The position numbers and the translations under genes are program-made. The notes beneath the pieces were generated by a model. It saw only the letters and a list, made by a program, of their open reading frames with translations. It was not told the origin of the DNA and did not search any database. From NCBI GenBank assembly GCA_030390025.1, contig CM059432.1, forward strand, positions 31,622,001 through 31,686,000: a stretch of DNA of 64,000 nucleotides. The letters run 5' to 3'. This DNA comes from Squalus acanthias. Taxonomy: Eukaryota. This document shows positions 1-13,134 of this stretch, piece by piece; position 1 is the stretch's first letter; every line of letters starts with the position of its first letter.

Positions 1-507
1 GAGTGTGATGGAATACTCTTCTCTTGCCTGGATGAGTGCAGCTCCAACAACACTCAAGAAGCTCGACACCATCAGGACAAAGCAGCCCACTTGATTGGCA
101 CCTCATCCACCACCTTAAACATTCACTCCCTCCACCACTGGTGCACCGTGGCTGCAGTGTGTACCATCTACAAGATGCACTGTAGCAACTCACCAAGGCT
201 TCTTCGACAGCACCTCCCAAACCTGCGACCTCTACCACCTAGAAGGACAAGGGCAGCAGGCGCATGGGAAGTTCCCCTCTAAGTTACACACCATCCTGAC
301 TTGGAAATATATCGTCATTCCTTCATCGTCGCTGGGTCAAAATCCTGGAACTCCCTCCCTAACAGCACTATGGGAGTACCTTCACCACACGGACTGCAGC
401 AGTTCAAGAAGGCGGCTCACCACCACCTTCTCAAGGGCAATTAGGAATGAGCAATAAATGCTGGCCTTGCCAGCAAAGCCCACATCCCAGGAACGAATTT
501 TAAAAAA
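1..507 (+). mobile_element. 3' end of a CR1/L2-group LINE (family B; 3' UTR caataaatgctggccttgcc...cacatccc)
   Basis: C-terminal RT-like text (SWNSLP motif, aaatcctggaactccctccct) and an A-rich end. The same sequence recurs inverted at 36905-37190 and 51300-52800. Confidence 0.75.
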
Positions 508-744
508 GACCAGCATTATGTTCAAGGCCCAAACGCTGAATTCCTATTTTGCTGTTATTTTTGTTGTTTCGTTCAAATTTTTTTATCGCAAGAATGACTT
601 TGAATTATCAGAGGTAAACTGTAGAGTCAAACTGCCAACTGACAGATATTTTTTAAACTTCAACAGTTGTTCTTTTTTCATTCAATCATGGATTATAAAG
701 AACCCTAAACAAGAATATTGCCATCACCATGGGCAACAAGCCTG

Positions 745-1207
745 TCACCAGAATGATACCGGGGCTTAGAAGGTTAAGTTATGAGGGCAGGTTGCATAAA
801 CGTGGCTTGTATTCCCTTGAGTATAGGAGATTGAGGGGTGATCTGATCGAGGTGTTTAAAATGGTGAAAGGATTTGATAGGGTAGATATGGAGAAACTAT
901 TTCCTCTGGTAGGGGAATCAAGAACAAGGGAACAGAATCTTAAAATTAGAGCTAGGCCATTCAGGAGCAAAATCAGGACGCACTTTTTCCACACAAAGGG
1001 TAATAGAAATCTGGAATTCTCTCCCCCTAAAGGCTGTGGATGCTGGGAAAATTTAAGTTTTTAAGACTAAGATAGATAGATTTTTGTTAAGGAAGGATAT
1101 CAAGGGATATGAAGCAAAGGTGCGATAATGGAGTTGAGGTACAGATCAGCCATGTACTAACTGAATGGCGGAGCAGGCTCAAGGGGCTATTCTTGTTCCA
1201 ATGTTCT
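745..1207 (+). mobile_element. CR1 LINE 3' fragment
   Basis: ORF 729-1064 has the CR1 ORF2 C-terminal motif GLYSLEYRRLRGDLIEVFK, followed by a CR1 3' UTR. Confidence 0.9.
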
Positions 1208-1889
1208 CAAGACATACGCTGCTTGAAGCCATTCAGGCTATTTGTTTGATGGCCTGCCCTCATAATTCGTTCCACAACCCTACTATGCTTTGAGTGATAA
1301 GTCAACAGAGCCTCCAGATCTTGCACTACCAGTTTGCTGGGTGGTCCGAACCATCATTTATTTCTGATTACAGAGCATGCACTGACAACACCTTCAATCT
1401 CCAGACTTCACAGAGAAAACTCCATAAACAGATAACACCAAACGGGTTTGTTTATTTCTCGTATGTTGTGAGTGACAAAGCACTAAAGGAGTGCTTAGGT
1501 CGTCCCACGCATAGGATATAAATCACATCTCTATGCCAATCATCATATATATTGTATAAGCACATTTATTTTAAGCTGTTGGATTCAACTTTTCGTGGGG
1601 TGAGGGCTCCTTAGTTTCTCCCCTCCTCGCTTGAGAGTCCAGACTCAGAGAAATTGGTGCATGTGCGCACACACACACACACATGCATTTTTCAGCAGGG
1701 GACAACTGAAGAGCATGACAGATTTTCAGGGCGCTGAGGTCAACTGTAACATCCCAACTGCTGCCTAGGCTATTGAGTAACTCAGCACCAATGAGTTGAC
1801 CTGGGGCATACAGGTCTGCATGGCATAGTCCCACAACAGACGCTGCCTTTGTCCACTGCACCACAGTAAAAACTTATGCAAGCCCTGCA

Positions 1890-2290
1890 TCGGCTCAGTT
1901 GGTAAATCTAAATAGTGAGTGCCTGAGCCATACGGACCAAGAAGGTCCCAAGTCCAAGCTCTAATCAGTGTTAATTGATCTCAGTTAGGCAGTGGTAGGG
2001 TTACTGCGGCTGGCCTCAGCACTCCTGGACTTGGGAAGGGGGAGGCAGGTTATCGGCCAGTATTCCCATTCCTATTCATGATCAAACGACTCCACTGGAA
2101 GCAGAGTTTTGGCGAGAACAGGATTGGGCTTGGTTGCAACACTCCCCCGCAATGAAGTAGGCAGCCAACACTCGCTGTTTGAGCTCACACAAGAATGAAC
2201 ACATAGATAAGGTACGCAAAAGCTGCGAGAAGCCATGGAACTCTACACCATCATGAGTCAGTATGACCTGAGAGAAGGAAATTTCAAGAA
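1890..2290 (+). mobile_element. tRNA-headed SINE, unclassified old family (related pieces near 4430-4795 -, 9990-10320 -, 26930-27060 +, 28900-29180 +)
   Basis: A-box-like ggctcagttggt start. The body (ctgagccatac.gacca..., aggattgggct...) recurs in degenerate form elsewhere in the window. Confidence 0.5.
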
Positions 2291-2721
2291 AAGAAATCCA
2301 CAGAACACATGATATGTGCAAAGAATTTTTAAAACAGAGACTCAGCTCCACCACCAAGGTGACTGGCTTTAATTTCAGTTGTGGAACTGGAAGATGCTAC
2401 AAAACACATTCAGGGCAGTCACCCCCTGCATTTAAACAAAACATATTTTCCGCTCATTAATACAATGCTGTGTTACTTTGCCAATGGCTTTGCAGAACAC
2501 CATGCTGCTGGGCCCTCTATTCACAAAGCGAGAACGAATGACGTTATAGTCCATCTGTTTTGAATCAGGTTCTTCAACTACAGCCAAATCTCTCAATCAG
2601 ATGTTCCACAGCACTGAAAGAAAAATACTAGAAAACCCTACAGGGACTGATTTCCTCTGATTTCCTTTGATTTATGCAACTGTTTACAGAAGTTTGCTGA
2701 GCTACAAGCTTACACACACAC

Positions 2722-2920
2722 AACAACAACTTGCATTTATATAGCGCCTTTAATGTAGTAAAACGTCCCAAGACGCCTCATAGAAGCATTATCAAACAAA
2801 ATGAGCCACATAAGGAAGATAGTAGGGCAGATGAACAAAAGCTTGGTCCAAGAAGTAGGTTTTAAGCAGCATCTTAAATGAGGAAAGAGAGGTAGAGAAG
2901 TAGAAAGGCAGAGAGGTTTA
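2722..2920 (-). mobile_element. L2 LINE 3' tail
   Basis: Reverse complement of the L2 tail seen at 30500-30678 (aaaggcgctatataaatgcaagttgttgttg). Confidence 0.8.
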
Positions 2921-3055
2921 CACACACAAACAGACAACTATTTCTGGAACATGTTTAAAAATAACATTTTTAAGAGAGCTTACTAAAAAAGAGCTTCAGG
3001 TTTATAGAGGGGTTCCCTATCCAGAGACACACCTTGAGATTCCAGAAAACATTAT

Positions 3056-3932
3056 GGCCCCGATATTTACTGGGAGGCGGGGAGGCAGTTTTACAGTCGG
3101 GGAACCAGGAAGAACGGGTTTCTCTCAGGTCCTGCCAAATTTAACGGCAGGATCCTATTACCATTTATGGAATCCATTTCCCAGCCGCAGCCAGCCACCC
3201 GTCTTTCAGATGAGACGATAAACCGAGGCCCCGTCTGCTCTCTCAGGTGGATGTAAAAGATCCCATGACACTATTTCGAAGAAGAGCAGGGGAGTTATCC
3301 CTGGTGTCCTGGCCAATATTTATCCCTCAATCAACATAACAAAAACAGATTATCTGGCCATTATCACACTGCTGTTTATGGGAGCTTGCTGTGCGCAAAT
3401 TGGCTGCCGTGTTTCCTACACTACATCATTGGTGTAAAGCGCTTTGGGAAGTCCGGTGGTCCTGAAAGGCGTTATATATATGAAAGTCTTTCTTTTTTCT
3501 TTCTGTCGGGCGGGTAGCTTAGAGAAGGGAGGGAGAAAGCGGTGGAGGAGGGGAGGGGTCGGGAGTAGATTGCGGGCCGTGGAGGACATCGGGAGGGCAT
3601 TGGATCACCTGGGGAGGTTAACAGATTGGCTTGGTGGGCTGGGGGGAAACACTCCTCCCCCCTGGCCCAGAAGCAGGGCTGTAACTGTTCCATGCAGCAG
3701 TCCTCCCCTCCCTTCAGCTACTGGGTTTCCCAAGACTGAAAGCTGGAACAGAGAAAAATCTGAAGCGTCGCAGACTCATTGAAATATTTAAATGAGGGCC
3801 CCGCCTTCTGGGAGTGGGTTGGTCGCCCTGTCCCCATCAAAACCGGAAGTGAGTGGGTTGGGATCGGGTTTGAATATTTTTACTTTCCACCCGACCCAAA
3901 CCCACCCGTTTTTGGGAGTTAAAATTCGCCCC
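3056..3932. mobile_element. Harbinger-like MITE containing a DeuSINE fragment (about 3199-3500)
   Basis: Imperfect terminal 12-mers GGCCCCGATATT and GGGGCGAATTTT (rc). Flanks tat/aat. GC-rich subtermini. Confidence 0.55.
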
Positions 3933-4077
3933 AATGCATTTAAACTTCGAACCTCAGTTCACTGGAAATGTATGAGACTACTCTTGCCCATCTGGAATTT
4001 TGCGGACTAATATGGCTGCACTGAATCATCTCTTTAGTTTCCTTCCCTCGTCCTTCACTCCCATTTTGTAATTTAGG

Positions 4078-4293
4078 TCCCCTGGCCAATATTTATTCCT
4101 CAACCAACACCACCAAAGCAGATGGATTGTTCATTTCTCTCATTGCTGTTTGTGGGACCTTGCTTTGCAGATTGTCTGCCGCGTTTGCCGACATAACAAC
4201 GGTGACTACTCTTCAAAAGTAATTCATTGGCTGTGATGCGGTTTGGGACGTCCTGAGGATGTGAAAGGCGCTATATAAAGGCAAGCTCTTTTT
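4078..4293 (+). mobile_element. DeuSINE 3' half
   Basis: Matches the 3' half of the full copy at 31608-32067. Confidence 0.75.
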
Positions 4294-4795
4294 TGAAGTG
4301 CAGTGAGATGTGCTTGAGTCCCACAGGCAGTGAAAATTATGGTTTCTGAGTGATAACAAATCACTTGCCCTAATCATAACCCAGTTCAGTTAAATTATTT
4401 AATCATTTTTTGAGCCAACTGTTTAGGTGTTTTTCCGAGATATTTTCTTCCATCCTTTTCTGCCAATTTTTTCCCGTCCCCTCGCTGTTCCTGAGGAACC
4501 TCAGCCTTTGTTAGGGTACAGTCACCCTCTGCTACCTCACCCAAGCAACCATTCTTCCCGTGTGAACTTCGAAATTGAGTAACGGCAGGCCACTTGACTG
4601 TGACAGGAACAAAGCCAAGCATGATATTCCCTGGAAGTCCACAAACGCACTTTTTAATCTCGTGTTGTTGAGTAGCAATCAGTAGTGGGAACCGAGACCA
4701 TTCCCTTCCCCAATCGGTAGCACCCCAAACAAGATCAGCTAACTGAACGTGGCCAAGAGGTCGAATCTGGGACCTTCCTGTTTTACATGGCTCAT

Positions 4796-6860
4796 AGGGC
4801 TTTAAACTAAATACTGGGGGGCAGGGATACGCTGAGCGGAAATTTAAAGAGTCAATGAAAAATGAGAAGGCAAAAGTGCAGGGTAGCGATAGGTGTAATG
4901 ATAACCAGAGTGTGACAGGAAGGGACAGAGCGTATACATATAAGAGTACATCAGAAAGAAGGGTCAGAGTAGGGAAAATGGTAAAAAGACAAAATTAAAA
5001 GCTCTATATCTGAACACACACAGCATTCGTAACAAGATAGATGAGTTGACAGCACAAATAGAAATAAATGGGTATGATCTGGTAGCCATTACAGAGATGT
5101 GGTTGCAAGGTGACCAAGGCTGGGAACTGAATATTCAGGGGTATTTGCCATTTCGTAAGCATAGGCAGAAAGGAAAAGGAGGTGGTGTAGCTCTGTTAAT
5201 AAGGGATGAGATCAGTGCAGTAATGAGAAATGATATTGGCCCAGAAGATCAAGACGTAGAATCAGTTTGGGTGGAGATAAGAAATAATAAGGTAAAAAGT
5301 CACTGGTGGGAGTGGTCTACAGGCCCCCAAACAGTAGCCACACTTTAGGACAGAGAATAAATCAAGAAATAATAGAGGCTTGTAAGAAAGGTACGGCTAT
5401 AATCATGGGAGATTTTAATCTTCATACTGATTGGACAAAGCAAATTGGCAAAGGTAGACTTGAGTAACAGTTCTTAGACTGTATATGGGATGGGTTCTTG
5501 GAACAATATGTTGTGGAACCAACCAGGGAGAAGACTATTTTAGATCTGGTAATGTGTAACGAGGCTGGATTAATTAATGATCTCAAAGTGAAGGATCCTC
5601 TTGGGAAGAGTGATCATAGCATGGTAGAATTTCAAATTCAGTTTGAGGGTGAGAAAGCTAGGTCTCAAACTAGTGTCCTGAACTTAAACAAAGGTAATTA
5701 CAAAGGTATGAAGGCAGACTTGGTTAAAGTGGACTGGGAAAATATATTACAGGGTAAGACTGTAGAAAAGCAGCAAAGAAATATTCCAGTGAGAAAGAAA
5801 GACTCTAAGAGAAGGATGAACCATCCATGGCTAACTAAGGAAGTAAAGGATGGTATCAAATTGAAAACAAAAGCATACAATGTTGCGAAGAATAGTGAAA
5901 GGCCAGAGGATTGGGAAATTTTTAAAAAGCGTCAAAGGACGACTAAAAAAATGATAAAGAGAAGACAGCTTATGAGAGTGAGCTTGCACAAAAGATAAAA
6001 ACAGACAGTAAGAGCTTCTACAGGTATATAAAAAGAGAGTAGCTAAAGTAAACGTTGGTCCCCTAGAGGATGTGTCTGGGGAATTAATAATGGGAAACAG
6101 AGAAATGGCGGAGACCTTGAACAAATATTTTGTATCGGTCTTCATGGTAGAAGACACTAAAAGCATCCCAATAATGGATAATCAAGGGGCTATTGGGGTG
6201 GGGGGGGGGGGGAAACTTAAAACAATCACTATCACTAGAGAGAAAGTACTAGGCAAACTAATGGGACTAAAGGTGGACAAGTCCCCTGGACCCGATGGCC
6301 TGCATTCTAGAGTCTTAAAAGAGGTGGCTGCAGAGATAGTGGATGCGTTGGTTGTAATCTACCAAAATCCCTGGATTCTGGAGAGGTCCCAGCGGACTGG
6401 AAAACCGCAAACCGAAAACCCCTATTTAAGAAAGGAGGGAGACAGAAAACAGGCAACTATAGACCAGTAAGCCTAACATCTGTCACTGGGAAAATGCTGG
6501 AGTCCATCATTAAGGAAGAGATAGCAGGACATTTAGAAATTCATAATATAGTCAAGCAGAGTCAGCATGGTTATATGAAAGGGAAATCATGTTTGACAAA
6601 TTTGCTGGAGTTCTTTGAGGATGTAACGAGCAGGGTGTATAAAGGGGAACCAGTAAATGGAGAGAGACTACAAAATGCGGCGGTACAAAGGGATCTGGGG
6701 GTCCTAGTACATGAAACACAAAAAGTTAGCATGCAGGTACACCAAGTAATTAGGAAGGCTAATGGAATGTTGGCCTTTATTGCAAGGGGTATGGAGTATA
6801 AAAGTAGGGAAGTTTTGATGCAACTTTACAGGGCGCTGGTGAGACCGCACCTGGAGTACT
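4796..6860 (+). mobile_element. CR1 LINE, disrupted ORF2 (APE endonuclease and RT) with internal deletions
   Basis: ORF pieces DLVAITEMWL, SDHSMVEF, KSPGPDGLH, KGKSCLTNLLEFFEDVT, LYRALVRPHLEY. Confidence 0.93.
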
Positions 6861-7136
6861 GCGGTCGCGATCTAAAAATTACTTATCTTAACTGCCCAAC
6901 CGCCCGCGACCCACCCATTCTTTGGGGTTAAAATTCCCCCCTAGAGTCTAGAGCCTGGAAACTACGCACAAACGTTTAATGCATGAATGTCAAATTCCTC
7001 TGAACGCTATTTTACTTGGAATTGTCAGTCTTCAGAACACCCTGTCTCAAAACCTTAGCTTAAAATGCCACCCAGATGACCGACTGGGAAGGTCTCCTCT
7101 ATAAATGAGGTGTAAACCATTGCAGTGAGGCTTTAT

Positions 7137-7843
7137 GGGGGAGAAATTTGGTATCGCCCCGTTTGGGGCGCAATTATCGGCCGGGCGCAAAGTTTAGCGC
7201 CTGGCGCTAATTATCGCCTCCGACTGCAAACTTGGCTTCTATCATCCCTGGAGGTGATTGGAGCGCTAAATCAGGCGCTACACACCTCTCTTAAGGCGCT
7301 AACGCCGAGGAGCAAGGCGCTAGCTCAGAGCACTCGTGAAGCTCAGGTGATGTCAGTCAGCAATGGAACACAGACACACTGGCGCGTGGCCAGTTCTTAA
7401 AGGGGAGGGTTGATCTTGCTCTCCAGCCACACCCTGCTCATTGCAGCCTTGAATCTCGGCCTGGAGAGACCTGTACATCAATTCTGCTGGAAAGAACAAT
7501 GGAGAGGCCATGGGAAAGAGCTCAGAGTGCAGCCCCCTTAAGTCTCTTCTGAATCAATGCAAGGAAGGTCAAATCAAAATAAACCTGCAAAGTGCTGCTC
7601 AGTACCCAAAACTCCTTCACACAGCGTTGAATCTCTCCAGAAGTCTCTCTCTCTCTCTCAGAATGCGTGGTGCAAAAATGTCAACAACAAAAAAAGGCAG
7701 GAAGCGGTCGCCTTTAAATAGCGCTCCCCCAGTCCCTTCCCAACTGCAAAACGTTCCCCTCCAGCTGTCGTTGCTAGCGGCAGGCGGAAAGGCAGGGGGC
7801 GCCACTCAATATCCGGTCCGGGGCGCTACCGAATTTTTCCCCC
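7137..7843. mobile_element. GC-rich Harbinger-like MITE
   Basis: TIRs GGGGGAGAAATT / GGGGGAAAAATT (rc). Flanks tat/aat. Repeated GGCGCTA motifs. Confidence 0.7.
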
Positions 7844-7870
7844 AATGTGTTTTGATGGTTAAAATATAAG

Positions 7871-8573
7871 GGCCTAAAAATTCGGTGCTTTGTGCTTCCC
7901 GTTAGCACCCTAAGAGGGCGCTAACGGGGCGCAAAGCAACTAGCGCCTGGGCGCAGCGCCGCCAACGCCTCCCGCGAAATTCAGCAGGTTAGTGGCGGCG
8001 GTAACTGTTAGCACCCCACCTCGCAGCGCTGTGCCGCCGGTAATGACATCATCGCCGTGCACAGCGCCCCACTCGCACCCCTGCCGTGATCTTCGGTAGC
8101 GCCCCCTGACTTATCACCGGACGCTATGGCGACGGGGTCAGGGGGGCCTACCTGCGGCCGGGGTGGCGCTAATTAAAGGGAAGGTGCTGGGCGGCCATTT
8201 TTGTTGCTGGCCGCCTGCCAGCACTTGCCCCCGTTGCCGACCCCGGCCTCCTCTGCAGCCCTCCGCCCCCCGCGGAGTGCCGGCTACGCTCTGTGTGCCC
8301 GGCACTTCTCTTGAGTGCCGGGCTCTTTTGCCGGCACTCCGATCCCTGGTGGCCCAGCTGGGCCCCAGGCCGCGCTGTGCTAGGCCCCTCCCCTTTAGGA
8401 AGGGGAGGAAGGCCTGCAGTACCGCGGCGCTGCGGCAAATAGCGCCACGATATTCACTTGCAGCGCCCCAAGAGGGAGGCGGGGCACTTCCAGTAGCACC
8501 CCACTTCCCTCGTGGGGCGCTACCAATGAATTTCGGCATTGGGTGGGCTAATCTTTTCGGGAGTTGCGCCCAA
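7871..8573 (+). mobile_element. GC-rich Harbinger-like MITE (same family as 45238-46006)
   Basis: Starts GGCCTAAAAATT and is the near reverse complement of 45238-46006 over most of its length. Right TIR not recognisable. Confidence 0.75.
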
Positions 8574-8687
8574 AAGCTATTGCTGTAGACACAAACAGAG
8601 ATTCTATTATGTAAGTTATGTAATGTCAATGAACATTTCTAAGACACTTTAAACCTGGGGGGCGGGGGTGTTAAACGATTTTTAATT

Positions 8688-8965
8688 TGTTCTTGGGCAA
8701 CACGAGCAAGATAGTAGTTATTGTCTATCTCTAGGTGCCTTGAGGGCATTAAGAGTCAACTACATAGTGTGAAACTGGAAGCACACATAGTCTAGACCAG
8801 GGAGGGGTGCAGTTTCCCTTTCCTGGAGGACATGTGAGCCAATTGGGTTCTAATGGCAGTCCGGCAGCTTTCTTTGGTGCTAGATTTACTGAATTCAATT
8901 TCACAACTTGACAGAGTCGGATTTGAACTCATGACCTCCGGTTTACCAATTCAGATTGCTACGCA
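8688..8965 (-). mobile_element. degenerate SINE with tRNA-like head and family-B LINE-like tail
   Basis: B-box-like gagttcaaatcc on - near 8920-8930. Similar body at 26715-26890. Confidence 0.45.
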
Positions 8966-9029
8966 GCATACTTATCAGGTGAGGACAGCATCGGGTTCGG
9001 TTGTGATGTGCCTGATGGTTGTCAACTTT

Positions 9030-9197
9030 CAAACGGGAATTGGATATATATAACTTGGATAGATACTTGAAAAGGAAAATTTGCAGCATTATGGGCAAAG
9101 TGCAGGGGGTGAGACGAGTCGGATAGCTCTTTCAAAGAGCCGGCACAGGCACAGTGGGCTGAATGCTCTCCTTCTGTGCTGTACGATACTATGATCT
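9030..9197 (+). mobile_element. CR1 3' tail (second subfamily)
   Basis: Reverse complement of the tail at 27060-27230. Confidence 0.7.
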
Positions 9198-12100
9198 TAT
9201 AGGCTCTTGGGTGATGTACAAAAGGGCAGCTGGTGCCTGTGCAACTGTGCAATAGCATGGGAGAGGTGGGGGGGAAGAAAAGAGATGGGAAAGTTGAATT
9301 GGTTTGGAAAAATGTATATTTCTGAAAATATTTTATCTTCTGGTTGTTTAGCTGAAAGGAAACCATGCAGCACTAAGTATTTACAAAATGGTTCTGACAT
9401 CGGTACTGGTTCCTTATTTTTCCATAAGCAAAAATGTGTGCTGCACAGCACATGTCAGCACCATTTGTAAGAGGATAACACACACCAGTAGCAAGAGGTT
9501 GAGCTCTGAAGCTTACATGAGTTCAAATGCAAATTCAGCATGCAGTATGTACTATCTATAGGATGGACTGCAACAATTCACCAAGGTTACTCAATATCAC
9601 CTCCCAGCCCTGGTACCTCTAGCAGCAAGAAGGCAAAGAGCAGAAACTTCATGGGAACTCCATCACATCCAAGGTCCCCTCCGAGTCACACGCCATCCTG
9701 ACTTGGACATATATTGCTGTCATTGCTGAGTCAAATCCTGAAATTTCCAACCAAACATCGTCCTGGAGCACCATCACTACAAGGACTCCAGTAGTTCAAG
9801 AGGACCCACTACCATCGTATCAGGGCCACTAGGGATGGACACTAAATGCAGTCTTTCCAGCTTCACTCACATCCAAAGGTCAAATTTAAATAGAGTGAGA
9901 TAATAAGTTTGTGATTTGCCTTGCAGCAAGTTCCAGATCTGAGGTGGACCACTTAAGAGTTTCATTCAAATTTTTTTTTTTAAATTATCCTCCCTATTTT
10001 CTCCCCTCTCCTTCCCAAGGTGTATGATGAGGTTCAGCTCCACTGGTGCTGACTGCCCTTCAGTACCTCAACCAAATGTCATTTCAACATGTGAGCCAAA
10101 ATAGCAAGTATTGACAGGCTATTAGGCATCACAGTTTAGCTCCCCAATCCTGTCTTCACCTAACACTCAATCTTCTTTTTTCCTACTGGAGTCAGTGGAT
10201 GATTGTCTTTCTTCTTAGTCCAAGGTCATTGTATGCAACTGTAGCAAACCCATTGCTGCAGCTGAGATCAGCGAACTCAGCACAGAATCTGAATCAAGCC
10301 TGGCTGTTTCCTGGTGTGCACGGCAGACAGCGACTCCTACTGCAAAGTGTGCCCATGTACTTCAGGTAAGGACAGAATTGAGCTTTCTGCCATCCATCAT
10401 TACAGCTCAAACAATTGGATAGATATCAGAGGATGGCCAATATCCATGAAATCATGTTCAAGCAAGAGTCAGCATCTTCAGAAAGGGAGCAAATACACTT
10501 AACAGGTCTTCATCGACTGAACCATCAGAATGGGCCCCATTTAATTTTCTTTAAATTGATAGAACTTCAAATTTGGGTATGTGATCTTCAGAAGCTGGCA
10601 GTGGGGGGGGGGGGGCGGGGGAATCAAGATATTTAACAACCCTCTGAACACTGTACTAACAGATTTAGTTAGTAAATTGATGCATCCCTCCACTGGCACA
10701 GTTAGTAAATCTACTATCCAGTAAATGACTGATCCCGACAAAGCAGGGAAATCTAAGGTCCAAGCTCCAATCAGTGTTGAGTAATTTACATACAATTACA
10801 TGGAATCTTCAGCACAGAAACAGGCCATTTGGCTCAACTGGTCTATGCCAATGTTTATACGCCACACAAGTGTCCTCCCACTCTAATTCGTAAACAAGAT
10901 AGATGAGTTAACAGCACAAATAGAAATAAATGGGTGTGATCTGATAGTCATTACAGAGATGTGGTTGCAAGGTGACCAAGGCTGGGAACTGAATATTCAG
11001 GGGTTCTTGACATTTCGGACAGATAGGCAGAAAGGAAAAGGAGGTGGGGTAGCTCTGTTAATAAAGGATGAGATCAGTACAGTAGTGAGCAATGATCTTG
11101 GCTCAGAAGATCTAGATGTAGAATCAGTTTGGGTGGAGATACGAAATAGTAAAGGAAAGAAGTCACTTGTGGGAGTAGTCTTTAGGCCCCCTAACAGTAG
11201 CTACACTGTAGGACAGAGTATAAATCAAGAAATAATGGGGGCTTGTAAGAAAGGTACTGCAATAATCATGGGCGATTTTAATCTTCATATAGATTGGACA
11301 AATCAAATTGGCAAAGGTAGCCTTGAGGACGAGTTCATAGAGTGTATTCAGGATGGTTTCTTAGAACAATACATTGTGGAACCAACCTAAGAGAAGGCTA
11401 TTTTAGATCTGGTAATGTATAATGAGACAGGATTAATTAATGATCTCACTGTAAAGGATCCTCTAGGGAAGAGTGATCATAGCATGATAAACTGAATTTG
11501 AAATTCTGAGGGTGAGAAACTTGGGTCTGAAACTAGTGTCCTAAACTTAAATACAGGCAATTACAAAGGTATGAAGACAGAGTTGGCTAAAGGGGACTGG
11601 GAAAATAGATTAAAGGGTAAGACGGTAGATAAGCAGTGGCAGACATTTTAGGAGATATTTCATAACTCTCAACAAAGGTTTATTCCAGTGAGAAAGAAAG
11701 ACTCTAAGAGAAGGATGAACCATCTGTGGCTAACTAAGGAAGTTAAGGATGGCATCAAATTGAAAACAAAGGCATACAATGATACGAAGATTAGTGGTAG
11801 GCCAGAGGCTTGGGAAATTTTTAGAAACCAACAAAGGATGACTGAAAAAAAATAATAGAGGGAGAAGATAGATTATGAGAGTAAACTAGCAAAAAATATA
11901 AAAACAGACAGTAACAGCTTCTACAGGTATATAAAAAGGAAGAGAATACCTAAAGTAAACATTGGTCCCTTAGAGGATGAGACTGGGGAATTAATAATGG
12001 GAAACAGGGAAATGGCAGAGACGTTGAACAAAAATTTTGTATCGGTCTTCACGGTAGAAGACACTAAAAGCATCCCAATAATAATTGATAATCAAGGGGC

Positions 12101-13134
12101 TATAGGGAGGGAGGAACTTAAAACAATCACTATCACTAGTGAAAAAGTACTAGGCAAACTAATGGGACTAAAGGCTGACAAGTCCCCTGAACCTGATGGC
12201 CTGCATACTAGGGTCTTAAAAGAAGTGGCTGCAGAGATAGTGGATGCATTGGTTGTAATCTACCAAAATTCCCTGGATTCTGGAGAGGTCCCAGCGGATT
12301 GGAAAACCGCAAATGTAACTCCCCTATTCAAGAAAGGAGGGAGACAGAAAGTAGGAAACTAGAGGCCAGTTAGCCTAACATCTGTCATTTGGGAAAATGC
12401 TGGAAGTAATAACAGGACATTTAGAAAATCATAATACAATCAAGCAGAGTCAACATGGTTTTATGAAAGGGAAATCGTGTTTGAGAAATTTACTAGAGTT
12501 CTTTGAGGATGTAACGAGCAGGGTGGATAAAGGGGAACCAGTAGATGTAGTGTATTTGGATTTCCAGAAGGCATTCGATAAGGTGCCACATAAAAGGTTA
12601 CTGCACAAGATAAGAGCTCACGGGGTTGGGGGTAATATATTAGCATGGATAGAGGATTTGCTAACTAACAGGGATAAATGGTTCATTTTCAGGTTGGCAA
12701 ACTGTAACTAGTGGGGTGCCACGGGGATCAGTGCTGGGGCCTCAACTATGTACAATTTATATTAATGACTTGGATGAAGCGAGCAAGTGTACTGTAGCCA
12801 AATTTGTTGATGATACAAAGATAGGTGAGAAAGCAAGTTGTGAGGAAGACACAAAGGGCTGGATTTTGATACTGGGGCGGGCTGGGGTCGTGTAATCCAC
12901 ATTTTGTGTTAGCCACCTGTTTCTAAATCGATGTGGGAGAATGATGCCATTTTAACCTAATTGGCCAATTGAGTTTCAACGTGTGGGAACCCATGGCCAG
13001 TGAGTTTTTCCAGTCTGAAAGTCGCCTCCGATGACGTCATCATTGCTGCTGCATTTAAGGTCTGCAACAAGCCTTGCTTCTTCTGCAGACTGCCAAGCTT
13101 TTGCCCTTGCATGTTAGAGGCAACTGCAGGAAGA

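Noticed and set aside
8138..8629. 140-160 aa ORFs in the GC-rich MITEs (also 45312-45730)
   Set aside because: Stop-poor because of high GC, frames not conserved between the two copies, no motifs.
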